Part shown: positions 18,715-27,769 of the stretch, piece after piece
How the letters are laid out: each line of letters begins with the position of its first letter
How positions within the stretch are numbered: the first letter of the stretch is position 1
Sequence record: OR496884.1
Direction: 5' to 3' (one strand)
Length of the DNA stretch: 64,000 bases
The notes under the pieces: generated by a model
The model's database searches: none
Told to the model about the DNA's origin: nothing
What the model saw: the letters and a program-made list of their open reading frames with translations, nothing else
Translations under genes and position numbers: made by a program

Positions 18715-19257
18715 TTATTTTTTATAAAATTTATTTTTCCAATTCCATTTTGGCTTTGTTGCATTAGATTTTGGAATTTGGCTAGTAGGAATAAATCCAG
18801 CATCTGTTTCTGTTGGACTTCTAGCAGCTTCACCCGCTAACCTATCAGCTGCTTCATTCCCAGGGTCACCAGAATGACCCTTAACTTTTACAAATGTTAC
18901 TTTATGGAATTTTACCAGTTTAAAAAGTTGCTGAAACAAATCTCTGTTTTTAACAGCTTCTCCATTAACCGTTTCCCAGTTATTTTTAATCCAACCATAA
19001 ATCCATTTAGTGATTCCATTGATGACGTACTCGGAATCTGTTCTAATAACAATTTCAACAGGTTCTTGAAACTGCTCTAGGGCTTTTATTACCGCCATGA
19101 TTTCCATGCGGTTATTGGTTGTTTTAAAATATCCAACTCCCCACTCAACAGGTGGTTCATCTTTATAGATTAACTGTATTCCATACCCACCAGGTCCTCC
19201 TTCTGGGTCAGCGTTTTTCAAAGCTGACCCATCAGTACTTGCTACCCAAGGAGCCAT
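18715..19257 (-). CDS. rnhA: Ribonuclease HI
   Basis: STDGS, TNNRMEI, TDSEYV, W..NNW, KVKGHSGDPGNEAADRLA. Confidence 0.95.
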   Translation of the reverse strand: MAPWVASTDGSALKNADPEGGPGGYGIQLIYKDEPPVEWGVGYFKTTNNRMEIMAVIKALEQFQEPVEIVIRTDSEYVINGITKWIYGWIKNNWETVNGEAVKNRDLFQQLFKLVKFHKVTFVKVKGHSGDPGNEAADRLAGEAARSPTETDAGFIPTSQIPKSNATKPKWNWKNKFYKK

Positions 19258-19294
19258 TATATTCTCCTATTTTTGATTTCTTATAATTCTTGCT

Positions 19295-20008
19295 TTAGTT
19301 TCTCTTTACTTGTCCGTTTAAAAGAAACTCACTCATATTTGAATTACAAGGAAACCCAGCGCCACCGTTCCAACTCATGATAAACACCATACCTGCCCCA
19401 GTGACTCTAACGTCAAATCCGGTATCAGATATACGATGAATGTCATAAGAAAGAAACGCTTTAGATTTACCTATCATATATGGAAAGGTGTCAGTCAGCT
19501 CAGTGCAATTATTATCGTAAGCTCTGATTGCGCTCATCATCACATCATAACAGAAATGATGGTTAACAAGTTCTGGTTGATAAAATCCGCCCTTTATGTC
19601 AAAGAACTCATTAATCTTTTTATTGGGACCGACGTCATTAAGCATCCTTGTAAACATCAATGAAAAATTACCATCAACTGGGGCAAGATGGTTATCTTTA
19701 GCATTTTGTTTAAATGGAATATAAGGTCTATTTCTTTTTGAGTTGTTTTTTGGTGTGACCTTAAAATAATTGTCTTGTGGAATACACCACGTCACACCTT
19801 TGTCTTCTGTGTTAAAAACAAACAGACGTTGGGTTTTATGGTATCTTCCAATAAATGTCTTTTCTTTAATAACAATCCCTGCTTCCACATTAGGGATTTG
19901 TTTCAACTCGTTTAGGGTCTCGTGTAACAGCACCATCATTTCATGAAGATTTTTCATGGTGTTATTAGGAGAAGCATAATTTAATACGTCAATCAACCTT
20001 GCTTGCAT
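19295..20008 (-). CDS. Hypothetical protein
   Basis: 237-aa ORF, AAGGA RBS. Confidence 0.6.
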   Translation of the reverse strand: MQARLIDVLNYASPNNTMKNLHEMMVLLHETLNELKQIPNVEAGIVIKEKTFIGRYHKTQRLFVFNTEDKGVTWCIPQDNYFKVTPKNNSKRNRPYIPFKQNAKDNHLAPVDGNFSLMFTRMLNDVGPNKKINEFFDIKGGFYQPELVNHHFCYDVMMSAIRAYDNNCTELTDTFPYMIGKSKAFLSYDIHRISDTGFDVRVTGAGMVFIMSWNGGAGFPCNSNMSEFLLNGQVKRN

Positions 20009-20026
20009 TTTCTTTTCCTTAGCAAA

Positions 20027-20401
20027 TCAATGTATTACCGTGTCTTTGGTAACTTCAATTTTAGTCAACAGTTGAGACATCTTATCCAAACTGTTGTCGC
20101 TTATTTGATCGAGTAGTTCCGGCTTTTCTTTTAATAATCGATTTACAGCTAGCGCGGCATGAATTGCAATTTCTTCAGTAGGATTAGGATCCATGTCCTC
20201 TGAATACTTTCGATTATCCCAATCTTGGGCAAGTTGCGCTATCATCGTACTAAAAGGGCTTCCAGGCATTTCCACTAATTGACAATAACCCCATTCACCT
20301 GGTTTTGTTGAATATTCATATTTTCCATTAACGTAGGTATTTGACCTTAACCAAAAAGAAACGTTGGTAGGAACAAACGGGTTATTTTTAGGATTTCTCA
20401 T
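20027..20401 (-). CDS. Hypothetical protein
   Basis: 124-aa ORF, AAGGA RBS. Confidence 0.6.
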   Translation of the reverse strand: MRNPKNNPFVPTNVSFWLRSNTYVNGKYEYSTKPGEWGYCQLVEMPGSPFSTMIAQLAQDWDNRKYSEDMDPNPTEEIAIHAALAVNRLLKEKPELLDQISDNSLDKMSQLLTKIEVTKDTVIH

Positions 20402-20410
20402 AAATTATCC

Positions 20411-20716
20411 TTAAAAGAGATTACCTGCTCTGTGGTTTGCAACACCTTCTAAGCCATCGCTGGCAGTAAATCTAATTACTTCTATTCCATCGCAATTACC
20501 GTGACTTCTTGGTTCCAATCCAAAGAAATGAGTTTGAACAATTTGTTTTACCTTGTCCAAAGAAGGCCCTCTTATAACACAAATTGTAATACTAAATGGT
20601 GTTATGGTTTCAATAACAATATCAGAAACGCCTTTATTTAGTGTTTTACCAAATTCAATAACTTGGGACATTTCCATGTAATCAAAACCAATGATTAATT
20701 TACTAAAAGTTCGCAT
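20411..20716 (-). CDS. Hypothetical protein
   Basis: 101-aa ORF, AAGGA RBS. Confidence 0.6.
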   Translation of the reverse strand: MRTFSKLIIGFDYMEMSQVIEFGKTLNKGVSDIVIETITPFSITICVIRGPSLDKVKQIVQTHFFGLEPRSHGNCDGIEVIRFTASDGLEGVANHRAGNLF

Positions 20717-20767
20717 TTTATATTCCTTTAAAAAATAATAGGGGAGAAATCCTCCCCGTATTAATAG

Positions 20768-22708
20768 TTATTTATTAAGCAGTTTAACCAACATTTGATA
20801 GCTTGTATTACTGTTGATTTCAATAATACGAATACCGTATTGTTCTGCTTTAGCAATTTTTGCAGGAGATGGATCTTTGGAAACAATAAGCTGTGTTATG
20901 CTTTTTGTTACTTTATCCACTAATCCAAAACCTTCTTCTGCCAGTTTTCTTTTCAACTCTTCTCTAGAGATTACCCAACTGCCAGTAATTGCAATTGGAA
21001 TCAGATCAGGAATTGTTTTTACTGGATTGTAAAAGTTGTGGTGCGAAAAGAAACTTGTCAATTTTGATTCGTTATCTTTTACGTATTTACTCATTACAAT
21101 ACCATCAACCCCAAACAACTCCATCATCGCTGTTTGAGATTTAAGTACAACAATCATCTCACTTAAATCGTTATAACGTTTTCCTTGTTCTTGAGCAAAT
21201 TCCAACGCCGCAACCGCGCCCATGTTTGGAATACATGATGCGTATAACCAGTGTTCCAACCCAAGCAATGACGTTTGAGAAAGTTGTTCCAAAATGTTAT
21301 CAACTTGGTTTTGATCAAATACATCTAGGTTAAGATAATCTTCCCTAGAGATTTGAAACAATTCATGGGGTGCTGATAAATACCCAGCGTCAATTAGAGC
21401 TTCCAACCCTTTTGGACCAAGACCTTTAATGTTCAAGCCTTGAGTATCCACCAATCTTGACATTTGTTTTAGAAACTTTCCAATACAACTGTCGTTAACA
21501 CAACGACGAATAGAAGGTGTTTCAACAATCAATATTGAATCACAACAAGGACATTTATCTGGGAACGTAATTTTCTTTCCTTTACCAAGTTCTTTAATTC
21601 CCACCAACTTAGGAATAATTTCGTTAGCCTTTGTTACTTCAATAACAGAGTCAATTCTAATACCTGCTCTGATGTATTCATCTGGGTAATCAAATTTAGC
21701 ACGTTGTAGCATTGTCCCGTCGTATTCAACAGGGTCATATAGCAAGACACCGGTTAAGCAACCTTGGGTGGTCAAATTCCAGATCACATCACGTAGCTTA
21801 GTTACCAAACTAATTGTCGGGAATTTATAACAAGCTGTGTAACTATAATACCCTGTCATCTGAGTATCATTCCAATTTAATAGATCATTGTCTTTAACAA
21901 CAATTCCATCAATTGGATAGCCAAAGTTTGGTTTAGAGGTAGCTTTCAGTAAGTCCCTAAGTAATGTCCCGTCTAGCTGCTGTGGAATGTCAAATCCCCA
22001 CTCTTCAAATTTCTTTCTTAAAATAGGGTACTCTTTACATTTTTCCCTGGTTGCTTTATCAGCATTGAAGGCTTTAAAATACATGACCAATGTATCAGTT
22101 TCATGATCTTTCAAACGTTTGATCATACCAGCAACAGTGGTCCGTGGCTCTGTTTCGGAATAATCCTTATCCCACTTTTCGCAATATTTTTCTAAATCAG
22201 CATATGTGCAAAATACTTCACCATCAATGTGAGCGTATTCAACATTAGCAAGTTCAGGAATTTCTGTTGGAATATTTTTAACTAACTTTAAACGGTGAGT
22301 AACATCGATACCATATGGCGACCTAGACCCTCTTAAATGACCATGAGCGAGTATCCCGTATTGATACCCGAGTCTGACACTAAGACCATCAAGCTTTTCT
22401 TCTTCAGTTGCCGTGGTGTCGATATTCTTTTTGATCCAAGCATTAAAATCTTCAACGGTCTTTTTCTTTACAATAGAGATCAATGGCTCTTTAATTTTGA
22501 TTAATTTAAACCCTTCAGGAGCTTCAACAAACCCTGGTGTGTGTTGCGGTTTAAATAACGGATTAGATTCTAATAGTTCGTGATACTCATGAACCAATCG
22601 ATCATATTCCGCATCCGAAATAATTGGTTTATCAACAACAGTGTAAAGGTAGTCGTGATATTTAATTTGTTTTTCTAATTCAACAAAATCCAGATAGGTT
22701 TTTGACAT
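20768..22708 (-). CDS. ligA: NAD-dependent DNA ligase
   Basis: Domain Ia YHDYLY...ISDAEYDRL, KxDG motif EKLDG, YPIDGIVVK, YKFP, Zn finger CPCC...C...C, HhH GLGPKG, C-terminal BRCT. Confidence 0.95.
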   Translation of the reverse strand: MSKTYLDFVELEKQIKYHDYLYTVVDKPIISDAEYDRLVHEYHELLESNPLFKPQHTPGFVEAPEGFKLIKIKEPLISIVKKKTVEDFNAWIKKNIDTTATEEEKLDGLSVRLGYQYGILAHGHLRGSRSPYGIDVTHRLKLVKNIPTEIPELANVEYAHIDGEVFCTYADLEKYCEKWDKDYSETEPRTTVAGMIKRLKDHETDTLVMYFKAFNADKATREKCKEYPILRKKFEEWGFDIPQQLDGTLLRDLLKATSKPNFGYPIDGIVVKDNDLLNWNDTQMTGYYSYTACYKFPTISLVTKLRDVIWNLTTQGCLTGVLLYDPVEYDGTMLQRAKFDYPDEYIRAGIRIDSVIEVTKANEIIPKLVGIKELGKGKKITFPDKCPCCDSILIVETPSIRRCVNDSCIGKFLKQMSRLVDTQGLNIKGLGPKGLEALIDAGYLSAPHELFQISREDYLNLDVFDQNQVDNILEQLSQTSLLGLEHWLYASCIPNMGAVAALEFAQEQGKRYNDLSEMIVVLKSQTAMMELFGVDGIVMSKYVKDNESKLTSFFSHHNFYNPVKTIPDLIPIAITGSWVISREELKRKLAEEGFGLVDKVTKSITQLIVSKDPSPAKIAKAEQYGIRIIEINSNTSYQMLVKLLNK

Positions 22709-22713
22709 GATAA

Positions 22714-22887
22714 TTAACCTTCTTTAATTTTACAAACTTGTTTAACCAATCGTTCTATTTTCTCTTGGCGATGGTTATGACCGGATAACGGAATACTAAC
22801 ACCTTTCTCGTCTATGGTGATAATAGTGAATTTATCAAAGTTTAATACAATTTCTTCCACTTGATAGGTGGGGATGTTTTTATTCAT
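22714..22887 (-). CDS. 57-aa hypothetical protein (not in ORF track)
   Basis: Hand translation MNKNIPTYQVEEIVLNFDKFTIITIDEKGVSIPLSGHNHRQEKIERLVKQVCKIKEG*; fills the gap between terminator and ligA. Confidence 0.55.
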   Translation of the reverse strand: MNKNIPTYQVEEIVLNFDKFTIITIDEKGVSIPLSGHNHRQEKIERLVKQVCKIKEG

Positions 22888-22929
22888 TTCTTTATTGTCC
22901 CGATGTTTCTAAAATACAACAAAAATAAT

Positions 22930-22959
22930 AACTCAGAGCAACCGTAGCTGCTCTGAGTT
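22930..22959. terminator. Hairpin
   Basis: aactcagagca...tgctctgagtt; T tail on - strand. Confidence 0.65.
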
Positions 22960-22971
22960 TAAATAAAGAAA

Positions 22972-23235
22972 TTATAGACCATTAACAATGTTTACCAATG
23001 ATTGTAAAACGACGGGATCTTCATATGCTGGTGTAAATCCAATGACAGTGTTACTTTCTGCAGCAAAATGTAAAAATCCTTGTACAGAACCAGCCCAGCT
23101 AACAGTACCGGTACGTCCAGTAAGAGGATCTTCCATAATGATAATGTTAACACTAATTGGTGTTCCGACTACGCCAGATTTAACATGATGAAGAATGCGA
23201 TATTGATCAAATACACAGGGAAGTTGTGAAACCAT
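22972..23235 (-). CDS. Hypothetical protein
   Basis: 87-aa ORF co-oriented, AAGGA upstream. Confidence 0.5.
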   Translation of the reverse strand: MVSQLPCVFDQYRILHHVKSGVVGTPISVNIIIMEDPLTGRTGTVSWAGSVQGFLHFAAESNTVIGFTPAYEDPVVLQSLVNIVNGL

Positions 23236-23298
23236 GTTGGGGAATCCTTGAAAATGAAAATTATTATTGTTTCACAGCATCCCATTGTTGGTAATACA

Positions 23299-24054
23299 TT
23301 AAGTAATAGGAATAGTTGATTTAGCCAACATTACAACTTGTCCTACACTTCTAATATTATCAATGAAATTGTGAACAGGTTCAAAGAACCGTTTAACTTG
23401 ATATTCCATAATGACTTTTTCATAAACCGCAAGTTCATTTTTAGCTAACTCGTCCATGTAAAGTCGAAATTCTCTTGCAGTTCTGATTTGGCCATTAGGT
23501 TTATAATAGTAACGGCTGTTTCCTTTATGGATAGTTACTATTTGGTTAATAGGTTTATGAGAATAAGAATTAATTAATTTAACAGCACCATTTTCCCCAA
23601 GGAAATGGGAAATATAAACATCGCCTAAACGGACCGTCTCGTTTGTCAGGTGAGTATTTTCAATTAGCCATTCTTTTGTTTGGCTAAGATCTTTGCTTCC
23701 AATGAGCAAATTTGCTCGAGGGTTAATAGGTTGCGCATTGGAATCAATACCAAGTTCTTGAGCGTACTTACCACGTTTATATTTCCACGTGCGTTTAGTG
23801 TATTGCAACACACCTGTTGCCGTACTATTTGGATTTTTAACTTTTGTTTGGAGTTTGGATTCAAGAGAAGCGATGGCGGTCAACTCAGCCATGTTGATTC
23901 CCGTTTTATGGGATGCTTCAAATAAGTGATCGGCTACATTACTAAACCGTTCTAGCATAACTTGTTTAGCATGGTCGTTATACTGGGAAATACCACTACC
24001 GGCGTAGGTGAATGTACTCATTACAAGTGCAATGAGAATCAGAAACGTCTTCAT
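23299..24054 (-). CDS. Lytic transglycosylase (SLT / phiKZ gp144-like catalytic domain) with signal peptide
   Basis: AIASLESKL (catalytic Glu), ATGVLQYTKRTW, YISHFLGENGA; N-terminus MKTFLILIALVMSTFTYA-G. Confidence 0.85.
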   Translation of the reverse strand: MKTFLILIALVMSTFTYAGSGISQYNDHAKQVMLERFSNVADHLFEASHKTGINMAELTAIASLESKLQTKVKNPNSTATGVLQYTKRTWKYKRGKYAQELGIDSNAQPINPRANLLIGSKDLSQTKEWLIENTHLTNETVRLGDVYISHFLGENGAVKLINSYSHKPINQIVTIHKGNSRYYYKPNGQIRTAREFRLYMDELAKNELAVYEKVIMEYQVKRFFEPVHNFIDNIRSVGQVVMLAKSTIPIT

Positions 24055-24113
24055 GTTTATTTTCTCCTAAGAGTGAAGTATAGTAAGAATTACTCTTCTC
24101 ATTCTTACTTTAA

Positions 24114-24127
24114 GATAATATCGGTTT
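24114..24127 (-). promoter_or_regulatory. Candidate early-type promoter
   Basis: - strand AAACCGATATTATC, 60 nt upstream of the transglycosylase. Confidence 0.55.
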
Positions 24128-24276
24128 GACTTATTTTAGAAGCCCTAAAAGATATAATAGAACACACCTCGTTCTACCGCTTTAATGGCGTGTAGAACGA
24201 GAACCTTACATAGGATCGACCAATCTATGGATTATTGTGTTAAACCTCTCAGAACGAATCCTAAGAGGTTTAAACA

Positions 24277-26751
24277 TTATTTAATAATAGATTGCTTATT
24301 AACAGTTAGTCCAATATTCAATCCTTCTGTATTTAACGCAATAATATTGGCATTTTGGAATAACCCAAATTGTTTTATATAATGGCTAATCATAAATATC
24401 TGGGGAAGTTTATCCATTCTGAATTGTTCTTCTATCCACATTCCAAAACGACCACGATGTAACTCGTCAAACGCAACACCGACTTCATCCATAAGAAGTG
24501 GGATCCCAGAATGTTTTCCTAAATACCTTAGAAATGTTATCCTAAAGGCAAAGTTAATGATTTCACGTTCACCTCCAGAACAGTCTCCAATATCACTATT
24601 GACTTCATTGTCATATCCAGTGATTACGGGAAACTCGTAATCGAGATCAATAGTATCATCATCACCCTTTTTAGGTTGGCAATTTAATACGTGCAATTTG
24701 TCACTCCAAATTGGATTGATGATTGCATTAACATTTGAAATAACAGATTTTAAAAAGTCATTCATTAAATGACCAATAAACCCTTTTACTGGAGAAAGTC
24801 CGTCCATTAACAGAAGTAAATGTTTTTCTCTCTTTTCTAAATCAGCTATGTTTTCTTTTATTGACTCAATTACTGAACACAGGGACTGCGCTCTAATCAA
24901 TCCGGAAATTGCTTGATCTTTTCTAGGAGATATATCATTAATCACTTCTTCTATTTTCTGTTTTAATACATACTTTCCATTGTTCTCAACACGTTCTTTA
25001 ATTTCCAATATCAATTGTGCTAAGTGATCCCTTAAAAAATCATCATGATCAATTAAACCAATACAAGTTTCAATTTCTTTGATCTCGTCTTTAGTTTGAT
25101 ATATTTGACGTTGCGTGATTGCAAGTTCTCGTTCTGTATCTTCAGCTCTTAGAAAAAGTGCGTCCATATCAGAATTTTTAAGAAACTTGATTTGTGCGGT
25201 CAATTGTTCTTGTTCATTTTCAAGTTGAACAATTTGATTGGTTAATGTTTTAATGGTTAAACTTTTACGGATAGACTCAATAAGAATATTACTGTCCTTT
25301 TTACCTACCTTAAATTGTTTAATAACATTAACGAGTTCCAAGGAATCATGCTGACGTTTAACATAACGCATCAGAGCGTCCATAGAGTAATACCAACTCT
25401 CATTAGACTCTATGTACTCGCTTAGGACTTTAATCTCTCCAGAGAGCGTTTGAGCTTGGTTTGCAAGGAGGTTTAACTTATCTTTCATTTCTACTAAGTT
25501 AAATTTCTCAAACCCTAGTTTAAAGTCCGTTTTGCATTCAGGACAGTTAACGTTTTCAGCATTGTTAAAATGTTTTAACTGGTGGTTAATCCCTTCAATG
25601 TCTTTTTGGAGATTTTCATAACGATTTTGTTTTCCAATTAATTTTTCTTTGCAGTTGTTGTACGATACAGAAGTAACTTCTAAATCAACTGCTCGTGAAA
25701 CTTGTTGCAATTGATTAATAAACTCTTCACCGTATTTTTCAAATAAAGGTTGGAGAGAATCATCAATTTTATTATAATTAAAAAACTCTATCGCTTGAAC
25801 TTTTTCTTGCTGATATAATTCAACTAAATCACAGACTTGTTTTAATCTTAATTCATAACCTTCTAAGTTTTCAGTTCCGTTTTCAAAACCTTGAAGTTGT
25901 GTTGTGATTTCAGTTAATATCGCACCTAATCTAGTATTGACTGTGATTGTTTTTTCTAATCGAATCAAGCACTGTTCACGTCGTTCAATATACTGAGATT
26001 TTGTACATTTTATTCTTGAATCCATACTAATCAATTGACTAATGATACTATTGATTTCATTTTTAAGTTCATTAATTTCACTGTAGTTAAATTGAGAAAG
26101 CGCACCATGAAGAACCAATGCATTTTTCAATTGGTCGTCCATAACCGAAATTTCTTTTCTTAATTCTTCAACGTCCATGGAAGCCAGCTGATTCATTCGG
26201 TTTTCTTCAACAGCTAAACGTTGGTGTTGAGTTTTTAATCCGCCTTTAATAGTGTTATAAGCAGTTTTTAACCTATTAAAGGTTTTGTTCCCAAATGTCG
26301 TATCATTGGGATTAATAGCCATTAGAAATTCTTTTCTACGTTGAGATGACATTGTTGTGAAAAGATCTCTTAAATCCAAACCCGTTAAAATAGCTTTAAT
26401 ATTTGGTGTAATACCAAAATGGATCTTGACCAATTCTTTTTGTACAGAAAGTGTATTACCTTCATTTAAATTTTTACCATTGAAGATAAATTGATGTTTT
26501 GAACTCTTTCCAGTTTCAGATATTAAAACATATGTTCCACGGTCATCTTTGTATTTCCATTCTTTATATCCGCCTTTACCATAATGTGCGTTATCAGGCG
26601 GTAACGGAGACATTTCTCTTAAAAGGGATGTTTTACCATGACCATTCCTTCCAAGAATGATGTTGAACATATCACGTGTATCTAATTGTACTATACTCAC
26701 ACCCTTCAATAAAAGCGGTATATAGTTTTTCAAAATTAATCCAATTATCAT
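24277..26751 (-). CDS. sbcC: SbcC/Rad50-like SMC ATPase
   Basis: Walker A GRNGHGKT, Zn-hook CPEC within coiled coil, signature CSGGE, Walker B LLMDE, ISH. Confidence 0.9.
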   Translation of the reverse strand: MIIGLILKNYIPLLLKGVSIVQLDTRDMFNIILGRNGHGKTSLLREMSPLPPDNAHYGKGGYKEWKYKDDRGTYVLISETGKSSKHQFIFNGKNLNEGNTLSVQKELVKIHFGITPNIKAILTGLDLRDLFTTMSSQRRKEFLMAINPNDTTFGNKTFNRLKTAYNTIKGGLKTQHQRLAVEENRMNQLASMDVEELRKEISVMDDQLKNALVLHGALSQFNYSEINELKNEINSIISQLISMDSRIKCTKSQYIERREQCLIRLEKTITVNTRLGAILTEITTQLQGFENGTENLEGYELRLKQVCDLVELYQQEKVQAIEFFNYNKIDDSLQPLFEKYGEEFINQLQQVSRAVDLEVTSVSYNNCKEKLIGKQNRYENLQKDIEGINHQLKHFNNAENVNCPECKTDFKLGFEKFNLVEMKDKLNLLANQAQTLSGEIKVLSEYIESNESWYYSMDALMRYVKRQHDSLELVNVIKQFKVGKKDSNILIESIRKSLTIKTLTNQIVQLENEQEQLTAQIKFLKNSDMDALFLRAEDTERELAITQRQIYQTKDEIKEIETCIGLIDHDDFLRDHLAQLILEIKERVENNGKYVLKQKIEEVINDISPRKDQAISGLIRAQSLCSVIESIKENIADLEKREKHLLLLMDGLSPVKGFIGHLMNDFLKSVISNVNAIINPIWSDKLHVLNCQPKKGDDDTIDLDYEFPVITGYDNEVNSDIGDCSGGEREIINFAFRITFLRYLGKHSGIPLLMDEVGVAFDELHRGRFGMWIEEQFRMDKLPQIFMISHYIKQFGLFQNANIIALNTEGLNIGLTVNKQSIIK

Positions 26752-26777
26752 AAAAAGACCTCAATAGGATTTTTATC

Positions 26778-27719
26778 ATGAATGTACTTGAGTGCTACGG
26801 TGTTGGAACCGTGATGCAGGATAAAGATAATGACAGTGACGAAGTCTTTGTGCATTGTCCAGGAATTTTTAGCGGAGCGGATGGTGAAGCACTTGCCACT
26901 GTAGAAGAAAAGAAAACCGACATCAAAACACCCACAGGGGATGCCACTTCTAGTTTTGGTTTAAGTAGTAACGGGATCCCATGTAAATGGATGGCATTTA
27001 ACACCAACCGTATTACACCACCAAACGTAAGAAAGGGGAGTAAAGTTGTTGTTTATAAATTCTCAGGTTCTAACCAATATCGATGGATGTACTTTGGTAT
27101 GGATGGAACGATGCGGTTGGAGACAGTTGTTTATGCTTGGTCAAGTTCGCCAAATGTAAATGAGAATTCCCCGCTTACACCTGATAATTATTATATCTTA
27201 ATGATCTCCACTCATACTGGTAAAATCCAATTATTAACCGGTCAGGGAAACGGGGAGAAAGCGTCTTACGCATTAACTCTTGATACTGCTAATGCAATAT
27301 TTTCATTAACAGACAGCGAAGAAAACTTGATGGCGCTTAACACCATGGAACATACGTGGAGTTTTAGCAACCAAGAAAAAAGTGTTATCGCAATAGATAA
27401 AAAGAAAATACTAATTAGTTGTGAAGAACAGCTTGCTATAAAAGCTAAAGAAAATATCACCATCCACACTAAAACATTAGATGTGGAAGTTGGTCAGACA
27501 TTTAATTTGAATGTAGGCCAAGCAACCAATATGACTTCACCTAAGTTTAATTTTAATGGTGATTTAATTCATACTGGGAACACTACCCAAGACGGGGAGT
27601 ATAGTGCTACCGGTAAAATTTCCTCGGATACTGATTGTGTCTCTGCTGGTAAATCTGGTAAAGGTCACCGTCATACCGATGTTCAAGGTGGGAATGGGAT
27701 CAGTGGTCCTGTTCAATAA
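26778..27719 (+). CDS. Central baseplate spike (gpV/gp138-type)
   Basis: OB-fold-like N-terminus (PPNVRKGSKVVVY), beta-strand repeats, C-terminal HxH tip motif GKGHRHTD. Confidence 0.75.
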   Translation: MNVLECYGVGTVMQDKDNDSDEVFVHCPGIFSGADGEALATVEEKKTDIKTPTGDATSSFGLSSNGIPCKWMAFNTNRITPPNVRKGSKVVVYKFSGSNQYRWMYFGMDGTMRLETVVYAWSSSPNVNENSPLTPDNYYILMISTHTGKIQLLTGQGNGEKASYALTLDTANAIFSLTDSEENLMALNTMEHTWSFSNQEKSVIAIDKKKILISCEEQLAIKAKENITIHTKTLDVEVGQTFNLNVGQATNMTSPKFNFNGDLIHTGNTTQDGEYSATGKISSDTDCVSAGKSGKGHRHTDVQGGNGISGPVQ

Positions 27720-27734
27720 ACAAAAGCAAAAGAG

Positions 27735-27766
27735 AACCTCTACCTCCCACTTGGGAGGTAGAGGTT
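27735..27766. terminator. 15-bp bidirectional hairpin
   Basis: aacctctacctccca-ct-tgggaggtagaggtt. Confidence 0.8.
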
Positions 27767-27769
27767 TAA

